Of a DNA stretch of 64,000 nt, positions 18,004 through 29,029 are shown in pieces; within the stretch, counting starts at the first letter, position 1; each line of letters starts with the position of its first letter. This DNA comes from Clostridia bacterium. Its GTDB lineage: Bacteria > Bacillota > Clostridia > RUG12999. The DNA is taken from positions 25,945 through 89,944 of the forward strand of contig JAFQMF010000018.1 in assembly GCA_017396395.1 (NCBI GenBank), written 5' to 3'. The notes beneath the pieces were generated by a model. The model was not told the origin of the DNA. It saw only the letters and a list, made by a program, of their open reading frames with translations, and did not search any database. The position numbers were made by a program, and so were the translations under genes.

Positions 18004-18948
18004 TTATTTTTTTACAAATTCTTCCACTTTAGCTACAACATTTTCAGCTGTAAGTCCGTATTCTTTAAGAAGATGTGCAGGAACACCTGACTTACCAAAT
18101 TTATCTTCAATACCAATTCTCAGCATCTTTGTAGGAGCTTCCTCTGCAAGCACCTCTGCAACGGCACTACCAAGACCGCCTACAATATTATGCTCTTCAG
18201 CCGTTACAACCTTGCCTGTTTTCTTAGCAGAAGCTACTACCATTTCTCTATCAATAGGTTTAATTGTATGTATATCAATAACTTCAGCACTTATGCCCAT
18301 TTTTTCAAGTTCAGCAGAAGCTTCCATACACTCATTCACCATAAGACCTGTTGCAATAATTGTTACATCCTTGCCTTCTTTAAGCTTAATACCCTTGCCT
18401 ATTTCAAAGGGGCATTTATCTTCTTCATAAATTGCAGGAGTTGCAAGTCTGCCAAATCTTAAATATACAGGGCCGTCATACTGTGCTGCTGCAAGTACTG
18501 CCTGTCTTGATTCTTCACCGTCGCAAGGGCTGATTACTACCATACCAGGAATTGCTCTCATAATGGCAATATCTTCAACAGACTGGTGGCTTCCTCCGTC
18601 TTCACCTACAGAAATACCTGCGTGAGTTGCGGCAATTTTTACATTAAGCTTAGGGTAACAAATAGAATTTCTGATTTGCTCAAAGGCTCTGCCTGCTGCA
18701 AAAATCGCAAATGAGGAAGCAAATACTGTTTTTCCGCAGGAAGCAATACCTGCTGCTGTTGCCATCATATTTCCTTCCGCAATACCCATATTTATATGTC
18801 TTTCAGGAAAATTCTTTTTAAAGGTATCTGTTTTTGTGGATTTTGAAAGGTCTGCATCCAGCACCACAATATTTTTATCTTTTTCTCCAAGTTCTGCCAA
18901 CGCAAGACCGTAAGCCTCACGGGTTGCTATTTTTTTAACTTCAGCCAT
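18004..18948 (-). CDS. transketolase, C-terminal (pyrimidine-binding) subunit
   Basis: 314 aa. REAYGLAL..., IAEGNMM, split-transketolase subunit B pattern. Confidence 0.85.
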   Translation of the reverse strand: MAEVKKIATREAYGLALAELGEKDKNIVVLDADLSKSTKTDTFKKNFPERHINMGIAEGNMMATAAGIASCGKTVFASSFAIFAAGRAFEQIRNSICYPKLNVKIAATHAGISVGEDGGSHQSVEDIAIMRAIPGMVVISPCDGEESRQAVLAAAQYDGPVYLRFGRLATPAIYEEDKCPFEIGKGIKLKEGKDVTIIATGLMVNECMEASAELEKMGISAEVIDIHTIKPIDREMVVASAKKTGKVVTAEEHNIVGGLGSAVAEVLAEEAPTKMLRIGIEDKFGKSGVPAHLLKEYGLTAENVVAKVEEFVKK

Positions 18949-18950
18949 TT

Positions 18951-19790
18951 TTACATTTCCTCCAGTTCTTTAATTTTAGCATCAATTTCAGCTATAGCAG
19001 TATTGTACTGTTCCTCGTTTGGAGCATTACCATGCCATCCTGCCTGATTTTCCATGAAGGAAACACCTTTTCCTTTTACACTATTGCAAATTACTGCAGT
19101 TGGTTTATCCTTAACCTGTTTTGCTTTTGCAATAGCATCTTTTATTTCATCAACATTATGACCATCAATTACAAGTACATTCCAGCCAAAAGCTTCAAAC
19201 TTCTTATCTACGGGAGTGGGGTTCATAACCTGACGCACATCTCCGTCTATCTGCAAAAGGTTAAGGTCAATAAATGCTGTAAGGTTGTCCAGCTTATTAT
19301 GAGCCGCAAACATAGCCGCTTCCCATACCTGACCTTCCTCTAACTCTCCGTCACCTAAAACTGTATATACTCTGTAGCTTGCATTATCAAGCTTTGCTGC
19401 TTTAGCCATACCTCCTGCGGCAGAAATACCCTGACCAAGTGAGCCTGTGGACATATCAACCCCAGGTACCTTTTTCATATCAGGATGTCCCTGAAGATAA
19501 CTGTCAATCTGTCTTAAGGTTGTCATATCTTCTACAGGGAAAAATCCTTTATGTGCAAGTGTTGCATAAAGAGCAGGTGCACAATGTCCTTTTGATAAAA
19601 CAAAGCGGTCTCTGTCTGCCTTTTTAGGATTTTTAGCATCTACATTCATTTCGTCAAAATACAAAACAGCCATAATCTCTGCAATAGAAAGAGAACCTCC
19701 TGGATGTCCTGATTTTGCACTGTAGATTCCTGTTAGAGCATCACGTCTTATTTTGTAAGCCATAATGTCAAGTTCTTTTTTTGTACTCAT
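18951..19790 (-). CDS. transketolase, N-terminal (TPP-binding) subunit
   Basis: 279 aa. SGHPGGSLS, LSKGH, GDGELEEG TPP motif. Confidence 0.85.
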   Translation of the reverse strand: MSTKKELDIMAYKIRRDALTGIYSAKSGHPGGSLSIAEIMAVLYFDEMNVDAKNPKKADRDRFVLSKGHCAPALYATLAHKGFFPVEDMTTLRQIDSYLQGHPDMKKVPGVDMSTGSLGQGISAAGGMAKAAKLDNASYRVYTVLGDGELEEGQVWEAAMFAAHNKLDNLTAFIDLNLLQIDGDVRQVMNPTPVDKKFEAFGWNVLVIDGHNVDEIKDAIAKAKQVKDKPTAVICNSVKGKGVSFMENQAGWHGNAPNEEQYNTAIAEIDAKIKELEEM

Positions 19791-19853
19791 TTAATAACTC
19801 CATTCTGTCGCCGTGCATCGACTGATATTTTTTATCCGCACGAAAATGTATAT

Positions 19854-20252
19854 TTATTTTTTATTAAATAATAAACTCATAATTTCCTCTATCCTGTCCT
19901 CACGCTCACTTAAATAAAGATAACCTATTAAAGTTTCCAGACCTGTTGCCCTTTTATAGTCAATTAACTGAGCGTGCTTTGGAACGGTATAGGATTTTGC
20001 ATTTCTTCCTCTTTTGTAAACAGCTGTTTCCTCCTCTGTTAAAAGAGGCTCTAAAATCTCCATAAAATTGCTTTGTGCCTCTGCGGAAACATAAGCGGTG
20101 GCTTCTCTGTGAAGAAGCTTGGAGGAAAGATTTCCCCTGCTTACAAGAAAACTCCGTACATAAAGCTCATATACCCCATCTCCCACATAAGCAAGAGTGA
20201 GTGGGGAATACATTGACGGCTTTTCTTCAAGCTTAAAATTTCTGCCCAGCAT
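19854..20252 (-). CDS. mrnC: mini-ribonuclease 3
   Basis: 132 aa. LAYVGDGVYELYVR RNase III-like signature. Downstream of cysS, as is common in Firmicutes. Confidence 0.8.
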   Translation of the reverse strand: MLGRNFKLEEKPSMYSPLTLAYVGDGVYELYVRSFLVSRGNLSSKLLHREATAYVSAEAQSNFMEILEPLLTEEETAVYKRGRNAKSYTVPKHAQLIDYKRATGLETLIGYLYLSEREDRIEEIMSLLFNKK

Positions 20253-20260
20253 TTTTCCAC

Positions 20261-21667
20261 CTACTTTGTATATATAATCTGTACTCCTGAGGGAGTGTCT
20301 TTAAGCTCTATTCCTTTTTCCTTTAACAAATCCCTTATTCTGTCCGCCTCTGCCCAGTTTTTGTCTTTCCTTGCCTGAGTTCTGGCATCAATTAATTCCT
20401 GAAGACCGCTGTCAATTTCTTCTTTTTCTTCCTTTTGTAAAAGACCAAGCACTCCGCCCAGTTCCTTAAGGAAGTCTTTGCAGGAAACAAGGAGTTCTTT
20501 TGTATATTCTCCGTCGTTTTTAATATTTACATTTATTTCTTTAACTATTTCAAAAAGTACACTTATTGCATCTGCAGTATTTAAGTCGTCCTCCATAGCA
20601 TCAAGGAACTTAGTTTTATATTCCTTCACCTTTGAAAGAATTTCCTGCTCTCCATGCTCAAGCCCTCCGTCACTTGCACTTTCTATCATAAAATCAAGTG
20701 TTTTAATGCAGGTGTAAAGACGTTCCAATGCTGATTTTGCCTGTTCCATAAGCTCATCAGAAAAGTTTATCGGACTGCGGTAATGAGCAGAAAGCATAAA
20801 GAAACGAATTACCTCATAATCATATTTCTTTGAAATATCACGAATTGTAAAGAAATTGCCGAGAGATTTGGACATTTTTTCATTGTTTACATTTATAAAA
20901 CCATTATGAAGCCAGTAGTTTGCAAAAGGCTGTCCGTTTGCAGTTTCGCTTTGTGCAATTTCATTTTCGTGGTGGGGGAAAATCAGGTCCTTACCACCGC
21001 TGTGGATGTCTATTGTTTTGCCAAGATACTTATTTGCCATGGCAGAACATTCAATATGCCAGCCAGGTCTGCCTTCTCCCCAAGGACATTTCCATGCAAT
21101 TTCCCCTTCTTTTTTTGCTTTCCATAAAGCAAAATCCATAGGGTCTTCCTTTTTATCTCCCACATCAATTCTTGCCCCCAGTTTCAAGTCATCAAGAGGC
21201 TGATGGGATAGCTTGCCGTATTCTTTAAACTTTAAGGTACGGAAATAAACATCTCCGTCTGCTTCATAAGCATACCCCTTTTCAATTAAAGTAGAGATAA
21301 GCTCAATTATAGCATCAATATTTTCTGTTGCTCTTGGATGCACAGTTGCCTCTTTAATACCAAGACCCTTAGCATCCACAAAATACTCATTTATAAATTT
21401 TTCCGCAAGCTGACCCACTGTGATACCCTGCTCGTTTGCGTTTTTAATCATTTTATCATCTACATCAGTAAAATTTTGTACAAACTTTACATCGTAGCCT
21501 TTATATTCAAAATATCTTCGGAGAGTATCGAATATTATAAATGGTCTTGCGTTTCCAAGATGAAAAAAGTTATATACTGTAGGTCCGCAGGAGTACATCA
21601 GAACTTCACCCTGATTAATCGGAACGAACTCTTCTTTTTTTCGTGTCATACTGTTATAGAGTTTCAT
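20261..21667 (-). CDS. cysS: cysteine-tRNA ligase
   Basis: 468 aa. HLGNARP (HIGH-type) and KMSKS motifs; CGPTVY N-terminus. Confidence 0.9.
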   Translation of the reverse strand: MKLYNSMTRKKEEFVPINQGEVLMYSCGPTVYNFFHLGNARPFIIFDTLRRYFEYKGYDVKFVQNFTDVDDKMIKNANEQGITVGQLAEKFINEYFVDAKGLGIKEATVHPRATENIDAIIELISTLIEKGYAYEADGDVYFRTLKFKEYGKLSHQPLDDLKLGARIDVGDKKEDPMDFALWKAKKEGEIAWKCPWGEGRPGWHIECSAMANKYLGKTIDIHSGGKDLIFPHHENEIAQSETANGQPFANYWLHNGFINVNNEKMSKSLGNFFTIRDISKKYDYEVIRFFMLSAHYRSPINFSDELMEQAKSALERLYTCIKTLDFMIESASDGGLEHGEQEILSKVKEYKTKFLDAMEDDLNTADAISVLFEIVKEINVNIKNDGEYTKELLVSCKDFLKELGGVLGLLQKEEKEEIDSGLQELIDARTQARKDKNWAEADRIRDLLKEKGIELKDTPSGVQIIYTK

Positions 21668-21709
21668 TTTTTAAGCTTCCTTTCTGATTTTATGCCATAT
21701 AATCTGCTT

Positions 21710-22261
21710 TTAAGGTTTAATTACATCTGCATTCTTTACAACATATTCAGTTCCCGAAATAATTGTAACTGCAAGCATTATATACATTAAAATATCCAGT
21801 ACTGTTCCAACATCTGTAGTAACCATAAGGAAGTTATCGTTAATGTAGGGAATAAGTGCAAGAATTATTATAATCATCTGAATTACAGTTTTAATTTTTC
21901 CTGTCATAGCCGCCTGTATTACCCTTCCGTTTGAAGAAGCAATAAGACGAATTCCTGTTACCACCAGCTCACGGATTACCACAACATAAAAAATCCATAC
22001 TGAGGTGTCCCCACGATGCACTAAAAGTGCAAGAGCTGACATTACAAGAAGCTTATCTGCAAGAGGGTCCATAAATTTTCCAAAATCGCTGACTAAATTG
22101 TATTTGCGTGCAAGATACCCGTCAAGGTAATCGGTAAAAGAGGCAAATACAAAAATACCAAGTGCGATATATCCGTAAATATTTCCTCCTATTAACCCAA
22201 AAACTACAAAAAACGGAACTAAAACAAGTCTGAGCAGTGTTAGTTTGTTTGCTATGTTCAT
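21710..22261 (-). CDS. pgsA: CDP-diacylglycerol-glycerol-3-phosphate 3-phosphatidyltransferase
   Basis: 183 aa membrane protein. CDP-alcohol phosphatidyltransferase motif DYLDGYLARK...G...DPLADK. Confidence 0.85.
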   Translation of the reverse strand: MNIANKLTLLRLVLVPFFVVFGLIGGNIYGYIALGIFVFASFTDYLDGYLARKYNLVSDFGKFMDPLADKLLVMSALALLVHRGDTSVWIFYVVVIRELVVTGIRLIASSNGRVIQAAMTGKIKTVIQMIIIILALIPYINDNFLMVTTDVGTVLDILMYIMLAVTIISGTEYVVKNADVIKP

Positions 22262-23598
22262 TTTTCGTCCTCCTCAAAATTATATGGTATTTTTCCTTCC
22301 AAATCGTATTCGCTGGCATCAAGAATAAGCACATTTACATACTCGCCAAGCTTTACATTATCTCCTTCAAAAATAACTTCACCATCAATATCAGGAGCAT
22401 CCCCTTGTGTTCTTCCTGTGTATCTGCCGTCACGAAGCTGTCCTGTACACAAAACCTCTAAGGTTTTTCCTATTTTTTCTTTATTCTTCTCATAAGAAAT
22501 TTCCTGTTGTAATTTCAAAAGAGCATCTGCTCTTTCCTTTCTTATTTCTTCAGGAATAACACCATCCAGCTTCATAGCGGGAGTGCCTTCCTCCAAAGAA
22601 AAGGGGAAAACTCCCACTTTGTCAAATCTCATTTTTTCTATAAACTCTTTAAGCTGATTAAAATCCTCTTCTGTTTCCCCCGAAAAGCCTGTTATAAAGG
22701 TTGTTCGTATGGTAATATCGGGAATTTTACTTCTCAGTTTTTCAACTAAAGTTACAAGCTGCTCTCTAGTTACCTTTCTTCCCATCCGCTTTAGCACCTT
22801 TGACGAAGCGTGTTGCATAGGAATATCAATATATTTACATATTTTTGGGTTAGAGGCAATTTCACAAATCAGTTCATCTGTTACCTTTTCGGGATAGCAG
22901 TATAAAAGCCTTATTTTATGTATTCCCTCAATAAGGGAAAGCTTTTTAAGTAATAAATGCAGGGTAGGCTTTCCAAATAAATCCATACCATAGCTTGTAG
23001 CATCCTGAGCTATAATTATAAGCTCCTTAACCCCTTTTTCTGCAAGTATTTTGGCTTCTTTTAATATATTTTCCTCTGTTCTGCTGCGGAATTTCCCTCT
23101 TAAATAAGGAATGATACAATAGGTGCATCTGTTGTCGCAGCCTTCCGCAATTTTAAGATATGCAAAATAGGACGGGGTTGCCAGGACTCTGGGGAGATTT
23201 TCAGGAATTTCCCCGTTTATATCCCCTGCTATTACAGGCTTTTCATTATTTTCTGCCTTTTCAAGTGCCAGCAAAATATCCTGATAGCTTCCTGTACCCA
23301 CCACTGCATCAGCTTCGGGAATTTCCAAAAGAAGCTCATTTTTATACTGTTCAGCCACACAGCCTGTAACTATCAGCTTTTTTAAATTCCCCTTCTTTTT
23401 GTATTCCGCCATTTCCAGAATTGTATCAACCGATTCCTGTTTGGCAGTTTCTATAAATCCGCAGGTGTTTACAATAATAATTTCCGCCTGCATAGGGTCA
23501 TTTACTATTTCGTATGTGTCCTTTAAAATACCTATCATACTCTCGGTGTCTGTTAAATTTTTAGGACATCCAAGAGATACAAAACCTACTTTTTTCAT
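22258..23598 (-). CDS. rimO: ribosomal protein S12 methylthiotransferase
   Basis: 446 aa. FVSLGCPKNLTDTE, radical-SAM CDNRCTYC, C-terminal TRAM. Confidence 0.85.
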   Translation of the reverse strand: MKKVGFVSLGCPKNLTDTESMIGILKDTYEIVNDPMQAEIIIVNTCGFIETAKQESVDTILEMAEYKKKGNLKKLIVTGCVAEQYKNELLLEIPEADAVVGTGSYQDILLALEKAENNEKPVIAGDINGEIPENLPRVLATPSYFAYLKIAEGCDNRCTYCIIPYLRGKFRSRTEENILKEAKILAEKGVKELIIIAQDATSYGMDLFGKPTLHLLLKKLSLIEGIHKIRLLYCYPEKVTDELICEIASNPKICKYIDIPMQHASSKVLKRMGRKVTREQLVTLVEKLRSKIPDITIRTTFITGFSGETEEDFNQLKEFIEKMRFDKVGVFPFSLEEGTPAMKLDGVIPEEIRKERADALLKLQQEISYEKNKEKIGKTLEVLCTGQLRDGRYTGRTQGDAPDIDGEVIFEGDNVKLGEYVNVLILDASEYDLEGKIPYNFEEDEK

Positions 23599-23612
23599 TT
23601 ACATTTACCCTT

Positions 23613-24086
23613 TTAAAAACTATCTTCTTCTATTACAACTTCCTGTAAAATATCTTCAATCTGTCCGTAGGAATATCCTCTTGACATCATTTTCCTCTGG
23701 AATTTTCCTGCCATTTCAGGAGTAATACTTTCAGCCTTCGGACAGGTCTTTATAAGAAAATATCTTAAATTCTCCATTTCCTGTTCAGGAAGAATTTCCT
23801 CAAGAGCAGTTTCTATTATTTCCTTGGAAACTCCCTTGCTGTACAACATTTGTCTTATTTTCTTTTTTCCGTATTTATTTATATATACGCTGTCTGAAAC
23901 GAAAGCGGAGGCATAGTCTGCATCGTTGATATACCCATACTTTTCCATTTTTTCAATGGCATACTCTACCGCTTCTTTTGAAAATCCCTTTTGCTTTAGC
24001 TTGTTTTCTGCTTGCCTTTTGGTATTTCGCCGTTTCATTAGCTTAAGAGCAGTTTCCTCTGCCTTTTTTAAGATTTCCTCAGTCAT
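23613..24086 (-). CDS. recX: recombination regulator RecX
   Basis: 157 aa of helical repeats. Overlaps the recA stop by 8 nt. Confidence 0.75.
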   Translation of the reverse strand: MTEEILKKAEETALKLMKRRNTKRQAENKLKQKGFSKEAVEYAIEKMEKYGYINDADYASAFVSDSVYINKYGKKKIRQMLYSKGVSKEIIETALEEILPEQEMENLRYFLIKTCPKAESITPEMAGKFQRKMMSRGYSYGQIEDILQEVVIEEDSF

Positions 24087-25248
24087 CTAAATCCTCTCCG
24101 AATTTATCCTCTAAGTCAACCTCGTCCTCTATATCCTTTTTAGGCTTTATTACCTTAATATTTACAGGCTTATCATCCTCTTCGGTAAACACCTCAATAT
24201 CCTTTAAATATTCTGGGATGGGAAGCTCCAGCTTTACACGGATCTTGTATTCAATTTCATTTAAAATTTCAGGATGCTCCTCTAAAAACAGCTTTGCATT
24301 ATCCCTTCCCTGACCAATTTTTTCATCATTATATGAATACCATGCTCCGCCCTTTTTAACAATATCATATTCAGTAGCAAGGTCTAATACTTCTCCTGAG
24401 TGAGAAATGCCTTTACCATACATAATATCAAAATAACATTCTTTAAAGGGGGGTGCCATTTTGTTTTTAACAACCTTAACTCTTGTGTGGTTACCCAGAA
24501 TTTCTGAGCCGGATTTAATTGTTTCCTGTTTTCTGATTTCAAGACGGATAGAGGAATAAAACTTAAGTGCCTGACCTCCTGTGGTGGTTTCAGGATTGCC
24601 GTACATTACCCCTATTTTAAGTCTTAACTGGTTTATAAACAATATTGTAGTATTTGTTTTATTTGCTACACCTGTAAGCTTTCTCAGTGCCTGAGACATA
24701 AGTCTTGCCTGAGCACCTACATGGGCATCACCCATTTCTCCCTCAATTTCTGTTTTGGGTACAAGTGCTGCAACAGAGTCAATTACAATAATATCAATAG
24801 CGCCGCTTCGTGCAAGAGTTTCTGCAATCTGAAGTGCGTCTTCGCCTGTATCAGGCTGTGAAACTATAAGTTTGTCAACATTTACACCAAGTGCCTGTGC
24901 ATAAACAGGGTCAAGTGCGTGCTCTGCATCAATAAATGCAACCTCGCCTCCCTGTTTTTGTGCCTCTGCAATTATATGAAGAGAAAGGGTAGTTTTACCT
25001 GATGATTCAGGGCCATACAGCTCTACAACTCTTCCTCTGGGTACTCCGCCGATACCTACTGCCAAATCAAGGCATAAAGAACCTGTGGGAATAACCTCAA
25101 CATCCGCTTTGGTTTTATCTCCCATACGCATAATTGTACCTTTGCCAAACTGCTTTTCCAGCTGGGCAAAAACCGTTTGGAGAGCCTCCGCCTTCTGGTC
25201 GTCATCAAGCTCTACAGCAAGAGTCGTTTTTTTATTTTCCTTTTTCAT
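24079..25248 (-). CDS. recA: recombinase RecA
   Basis: 389 aa. Walker [17 protein letters not shown], loops L1/L2. Long acidic C-terminal tail. Confidence 0.95.
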   Translation of the reverse strand: MKKENKKTTLAVELDDDQKAEALQTVFAQLEKQFGKGTIMRMGDKTKADVEVIPTGSLCLDLAVGIGGVPRGRVVELYGPESSGKTTLSLHIIAEAQKQGGEVAFIDAEHALDPVYAQALGVNVDKLIVSQPDTGEDALQIAETLARSGAIDIIVIDSVAALVPKTEIEGEMGDAHVGAQARLMSQALRKLTGVANKTNTTILFINQLRLKIGVMYGNPETTTGGQALKFYSSIRLEIRKQETIKSGSEILGNHTRVKVVKNKMAPPFKECYFDIMYGKGISHSGEVLDLATEYDIVKKGGAWYSYNDEKIGQGRDNAKLFLEEHPEILNEIEYKIRVKLELPIPEYLKDIEVFTEEDDKPVNIKVIKPKKDIEDEVDLEDKFGEDLDD

Positions 25249-25280
25249 TTGTATTCCCCCTTATTTATATCAGTAATATT

Positions 25281-25808
25281 TTATGGTTTTATAATTTCTG
25301 CAGCTTTTAAAAGTGCCATATTTACTGTACCTTCACGAACAGCTTTTCTGTCTCCTGTAAAATAAAACTCATATACTATTATCTTTTCCTTATAGCAAAG
25401 TCCAATAAACACCAGTCCTACAGGCTTTTCCTTAGTTCCTCCTGTGGGCCCTGCAATACCTGTAACGCTGATACCAAGCTGAGCATTACCTGCTTTTGCT
25501 GCCCCTTTTGCCATTTCATAAGCGGTATCGGCACTTACCGCCCCGAATGTATCAAGGGTTTCTTTTTTTACTCCCAGCAATTCTTCTTTAGCAGAATTTG
25601 CATAGGTAACATACCCTCTGTCAAATACATCTGAGGCACCGCTTACACTTGTAATACTTCCTGCTATAAGCCCCCCTGTACAGGACTCTGCAGTTGAAAC
25701 CTTTTCCCCTTTTTCCTTCAAAAGGTTTACAATAGCCTTGGCATTTCTTTCTGTATCATATATATTATTTTTGCTATCTTCATATATAATAAAATCAGCT
25801 TTTTTCAT
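25281..25808 (-). CDS. CinA C-terminal domain protein (nicotinamide-nucleotide amidohydrolase PncC-like)
   Basis: TAESCTGGL and GISVTGIAGP motifs. Preferred ATG 25808 (RBS AAGGA); the ORF-track start at 25841 overlaps ispA. Confidence 0.8.
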   Translation of the reverse strand: MKKADFIIYEDSKNNIYDTERNAKAIVNLLKEKGEKVSTAESCTGGLIAGSITSVSGASDVFDRGYVTYANSAKEELLGVKKETLDTFGAVSADTAYEMAKGAAKAGNAQLGISVTGIAGPTGGTKEKPVGLVFIGLCYKEKIIVYEFYFTGDRKAVREGTVNMALLKAAEIIKP

Positions 25809-25822
25809 ACAAGTTAATCCTT

Positions 25823-26707
25823 TTAAAATTTTCGATTGCACATTTCAAAGGCAAGCTGGGATAAAAATTCTCCTTCATTTCCCATATCCTTTACCAAATC
25901 ACTTGCATCTTTGCTTAATTTTTCAGCAAAATCTTTTGAGCCTTCCAGTCCCATAAAGGTAATAAAGGTGTTTTTCTTATTTTTCTCATCACTTAAAACT
26001 GGTTTTCCAAGAAGCTTTTCGTCCCCTTCAACATCTAAAATATCGTCAATTACCTGAAAGGCAAGCCCAATTTTTTCAGCGTATGCATTAAGGGCAGGGA
26101 TTTTTTCCTTATCTCCTCCCATAGCAGTATATCCGCCCAGTAAAGACCCTGTAATAAGTGCCCCTGTTTTAAGCTTATGCAAATACAAAAGCTTTTCGTA
26201 GGTAATTTCCTTATTTTCTGATTCTAAATCCACCATTTGTCCGCCTATCATACCATCTGCACCTGAGGCACTTGAAATAATTTTCATAGCTTCAATTGTA
26301 TCTTTTGGTGACGACAAGGATTTATAAAGCATCAGTTCAAATGCACTATTTAAAAGTGCATCTCCTGCAAGTATTGCTGTAGCCTCGTCAAATTTTTTAT
26401 GACAGGTAGGCTGACCCCTTCTCATATCGTCATTGTCCATAGCAGGCAGGTCATCATGAATAAGTGAATATGCGTGAATCATTTCCATAGCACAGGCAAA
26501 GGGCAATACCTTCTCAATACTGCCTCCCGCCATAAGTCCGCCTGTAAGGGCAAGCACACCACGAAGACGCTTTCCTCCATTTAAAAGGCTGTATCTCATA
26601 GCTTTGTAAACCTTTTGCTGATAGTTGGTTTTAACTTCCAAATAATGCTCCAGCATATTTTCTATTTGATTTTTTCTTTCCTGATATTCCTTTTTATAGT
26701 CAATCAT
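25823..26707 (-). CDS. ispA: (2E,6E)-farnesyl diphosphate synthase / geranyltranstransferase
   Basis: 294 aa. First Asp-rich motif IHDDLPAMDNDD, second VIDDILD. Confidence 0.85.
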   Translation of the reverse strand: MIDYKKEYQERKNQIENMLEHYLEVKTNYQQKVYKAMRYSLLNGGKRLRGVLALTGGLMAGGSIEKVLPFACAMEMIHAYSLIHDDLPAMDNDDMRRGQPTCHKKFDEATAILAGDALLNSAFELMLYKSLSSPKDTIEAMKIISSASGADGMIGGQMVDLESENKEITYEKLLYLHKLKTGALITGSLLGGYTAMGGDKEKIPALNAYAEKIGLAFQVIDDILDVEGDEKLLGKPVLSDEKNKKNTFITFMGLEGSKDFAEKLSKDASDLVKDMGNEGEFLSQLAFEMCNRKF

Positions 26708-26908
26708 TTACTCATTTCCGCCTTTTTCCACCAGCTTTATTTGCTGTTCCGCTTCCTCCAGCATTTTGTTGCACTTTTCGGTAAGAGCAACTCCTTCTTT
26801 AAAAAGCTGTAAAGATTCTTCCAGCTTTGCCTCTTTGCTTTCCAGTTTGTTTACTATATTTTCAAGGCTTTCCATAGCCTGTTCAAAGCTCATTTTCTTT
26901 TCAGTCAT
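26708..26908 (-). CDS. xseB: exodeoxyribonuclease VII small subunit
   Basis: 66 aa. SFEQAMESLENIV..LE pattern. Overlaps the xseA stop. Confidence 0.85.
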   Translation of the reverse strand: MTEKKMSFEQAMESLENIVNKLESKEAKLEESLQLFKEGVALTEKCNKMLEEAEQQIKLVEKGGNE

Positions 26909-28103
26909 TTTGCTTCACCTCTGTAATCTCAGCTGTTGCTTCTCCGTCAACCAGCACCAACCTGATATTATCCCCTTTTTTAATATCTTTTATCTTTTTA
27001 ACTGCCTTTTCTTCTTTGAAAACAGGAAGATATCCTTTTTCCATATTTTTCAGCGGGCTTTTCCCTTCTAATTTTGCAACCTTCAGTAAAAATTCTGACT
27101 TTTTATATTTGATTATATTTTCTTCCAGAGAATAAATTTTACTGAATAGCTCATCACATTTAAGGTGCTTATCCTTTATATAATCCTTAAGTCTTGAAAG
27201 AGTTTTTTCTGCACCATAACCTTTTAGCCTAAGCTTTTCCTTTTCAATTCTCTCTTTTAAAAGGCTGGTTATTTTATTTTCATAATAATTAAGATTTCCC
27301 ATTATTTCATTTATGGGAGTTGCTGCCAATTCCGCTGCCGCAGAAGGGGTAGGAGCTCTTAAATCTGCCACAAAATCGCATATTGTAAAATCTGTTTCGT
27401 GGCCCACTGCAGAAATTACAGGAATATCACTTGCAAAAACTGCTCTTGCTACTCTCTCCTGGTTAAACGCCCATAAATCCTCAATGCTTCCGCCGCCTCT
27501 GCCTATAATAATTACATCTACGGGACATTTTTCGTTAAAATAGGAAAGTCCATTTACTAAATCCTCAGGAGCATCCTCTCCCTGTACAAGAGAAGGATAA
27601 ATTATAACCTCCCCTATAGGATACCGCCGTGATAAAATATTTATAATATCCTGCACTGCCGCCCCTGTGCCCGAAGTAATTACTCCAATTTTTTCAGGAA
27701 ACTTAAGGATAGGCTTTTTAAATTCTTCTGCAAAAAGCCCTTCCTTTTCCAGCTTTTCTTTCAGCTGAGTATATGCAGTATATAAATCTCCCACTCCTTC
27801 AGCCGTCATCTCCCTGATGTAAGCCTGATAGCTTCCGCTTGCCTCATAGACACCAATACGGCATTTTACCAGAACCTTCATTCCGTCCTCAGGAATAATT
27901 TTAAGCTTTAGAGCATCTCCCTTAAACATTACCCCCCTGATAGAGGAATTTTCATCTTTTAATGTAAGATATAAATGCCCTGAGTAGTGAGCTTTAAAGT
28001 TTGAAATTTCCCCTTTAAGCCATACATCTGTCAGAAAAGGGTCAGATTCTATTATATTCTTTAAGTATTTATTTATCTGCGAGATGGTGAAATATTCACT
28101 CAT
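26901..28103 (-). CDS. xseA: exodeoxyribonuclease VII large subunit
   Basis: 400 aa. N-terminal OB fold (VWLKGEISNFK.HYSGHLYLTLKD), catalytic core GRGGGS.EDL, coiled-coil C-terminus. Confidence 0.9.
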   Translation of the reverse strand: MSEYFTISQINKYLKNIIESDPFLTDVWLKGEISNFKAHYSGHLYLTLKDENSSIRGVMFKGDALKLKIIPEDGMKVLVKCRIGVYEASGSYQAYIREMTAEGVGDLYTAYTQLKEKLEKEGLFAEEFKKPILKFPEKIGVITSGTGAAVQDIINILSRRYPIGEVIIYPSLVQGEDAPEDLVNGLSYFNEKCPVDVIIIGRGGGSIEDLWAFNQERVARAVFASDIPVISAVGHETDFTICDFVADLRAPTPSAAAELAATPINEIMGNLNYYENKITSLLKERIEKEKLRLKGYGAEKTLSRLKDYIKDKHLKCDELFSKIYSLEENIIKYKKSEFLLKVAKLEGKSPLKNMEKGYLPVFKEEKAVKKIKDIKKGDNIRLVLVDGEATAEITEVKQND

Positions 28104-29029
28104 TATCTTAATTTATCTCCTATCAGTGCCACTCCGCAGGCATTATCTGTAGAGTAGGCAGGATTTGAAAACAATACTTTATAATCGCATTTTACACTAT
28201 GAAAGTAATCTCTTATTGTTTTGCTTGCACTGACTCCTCCGCCCATAATAACAATGTTAAAAGAAGCTTCTCTATTAATTTCATCTAACGCCTTTTTAAG
28301 AGATTTTCCCACAGCTAATAATATTCCTTTAGCTATATCCTCTTTCTTTTCCCCAAGAGAAATTTTTTGCAATCCCTGAGCTTCTGCTCCGCTTAAATGA
28401 AAATTACTGCCCTTCATAGTTACAGGGAAGCTTATGGGATTTTTACTTTTCAAAGCTAATGTGTCCAGTTCTTTTCCGCAGGGAAACCCAAGTCCCATAG
28501 CTACACCAATTCTGTCTATCAGTTGTCCTGCGTGTAAATCAAGACTTTCTCCTGCAAGAGAAAAACAAAAGCCTTCTTTAGTTCTTTTTGTATGTAAAAG
28601 CTCCGTTGTTCCTCCTGAAATATGAACACTTATAAACTCCGTATCCTCTACCTTTTCACCACAGCTTTCAAGAGCCGCCATAATATGACCTTCCTGATGT
28701 GAGGTTTTGTAAAGGGGAACATTTAATGCCGTTGCTACACTTGAAGCTACCGTCAGCCCTGCCATAAACACAGGCATATATGAATTTTCCTCAGGTCGAG
28801 GAGATGCACTTACTGCAACTGCGGAAATATCTTTTAAAGGGTGTGACTGCCCTAACTTTTCAAGAAGAACAGGCAGGGATTTTATATGCATAAACACTCC
28901 GTCGCTCTGACGCAGCCCTCTTTCCCCTTTTTCAACTGTTAAGGGCATACGTTCGTCCGCTATAATATTCCCGTCCTTCACAATTGCAACAGAGGTAGTA
29001 TAACAGCTGGTATCTATACCCAGTATCAC
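28103..29029 (-). CDS. Kae1/TsaD (glycoprotease, ASKHA) family protein, short paralog
   Basis: 308 aa. ILGIDTSCYTTSVAIV and HQEGH metal-site-like motif. Shorter than canonical TsaD. Confidence 0.6.
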   Translation of the reverse strand: MILGIDTSCYTTSVAIVKDGNIIADERMPLTVEKGERGLRQSDGVFMHIKSLPVLLEKLGQSHPLKDISAVAVSASPRPEENSYMPVFMAGLTVASSVATALNVPLYKTSHQEGHIMAALESCGEKVEDTEFISVHISGGTTELLHTKRTKEGFCFSLAGESLDLHAGQLIDRIGVAMGLGFPCGKELDTLALKSKNPISFPVTMKGSNFHLSGAEAQGLQKISLGEKKEDIAKGILLAVGKSLKKALDEINREASFNIVIMGGGVSASKTIRDYFHSVKCDYKVLFSNPAYSTDNACGVALIGDKLR

